Shown here piece after piece: positions 63,597 through 64,000 of a stretch of 64,000 nucleotides of DNA. Position 1 is the first letter of the stretch, and every line of letters begins with the position of its first letter. The stretch is from assembly GCF_001194135.2 (NCBI RefSeq), contig NC_068982.1, positions 127,173,308-127,237,307 of the forward strand, read 5' to 3'. Below the pieces are notes generated by a model, which saw only the letters and a list, made by a program, of their open reading frames with translations, was not told the origin of the DNA and ran no database searches. The position numbers and the translations under genes are program-made. Source of the stretch: Octopus bimaculoides. Its lineage: Eukaryota.

Positions 63597-63608
63597 GANN
63601 NNNNNNNN

Positions 63609-63648
<40 letters not shown>

Positions 63649-63681
63649 GAGCAACACAGTACACACGTACTTGCACATTTA

Positions 63682-63732
<51 letters not shown>

Positions 63733-63809
63733 CAAACAGTTTAGGGGTCAGCAGTTTTATTAAGTATGCTATTGTTGTGAATCCAGTAGATTGTTCCTTT
63801 ACTGACTCT

Positions 63810-63900
63810 TGTTTCCCACGTCAGGTGTTCAAGAAAATACCATCAGGACCAGTGGCGGTGGTGGTGGGGATGTGTCGGTTGGTAATATACTGACTGCGGT
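63810..63900 (-). mobile_element. Possible highly decayed LINE RT remnant
   Basis: Minus-strand frame reads ...TTTATGPDGIFLNT*, like the K(A/S)xGPDGI motif just upstream of LINE RT domains. Only this short motif supports the call. Confidence 0.3.
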
Positions 63901-64000
63901 CAGGGTGAAGGGTAGAGGTACATTACAGTCGAGTTTCTTCTATTGCCTGTTAGAATTGCTTCCCTCTAAAATATCACTAATGTTCTTCAACAATACACGA

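Noticed and set aside
63825-64000. Candidate nvd exon 2 after CCCACGTCAG|GT (open to the window end)
   Set aside because: The peptide GVQENTIRTSGGGGGDV... has no resemblance to the expected VFR...CPH segment.

Overview
Eukaryotic (animal) draft-assembly DNA: AT-rich, about 11 N-gaps, dense microsatellites and many tRNA-derived SINE copies. The repeat content looks like an octopus/cephalopod genome (inference). Only one host protein-coding segment is well supported: the first coding exon (29402-29891, +) of a Neverland/DAF-36 Rieske cholesterol 7-desaturase. I could not find its downstream Rieske exons in the remaining 34 kb. The rest is intron or intergenic DNA. It carries four SINE families, fragments of a Helitron, a mariner-type transposase, a CRE-clade RLE LINE and a Tx1/L1-like LINE, two hAT MITEs and several long foldback elements. 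The most unexpected structure is a minimal type I hammerhead ribozyme motif at 25920-25962 (minus strand), with three more degenerate hammerhead-like remnants elsewhere. No CRISPR array, rRNA or convincing functional tRNA gene is present. Most ORFs in the supplied track are artefacts of N-gaps, microsatellites or SINEs.
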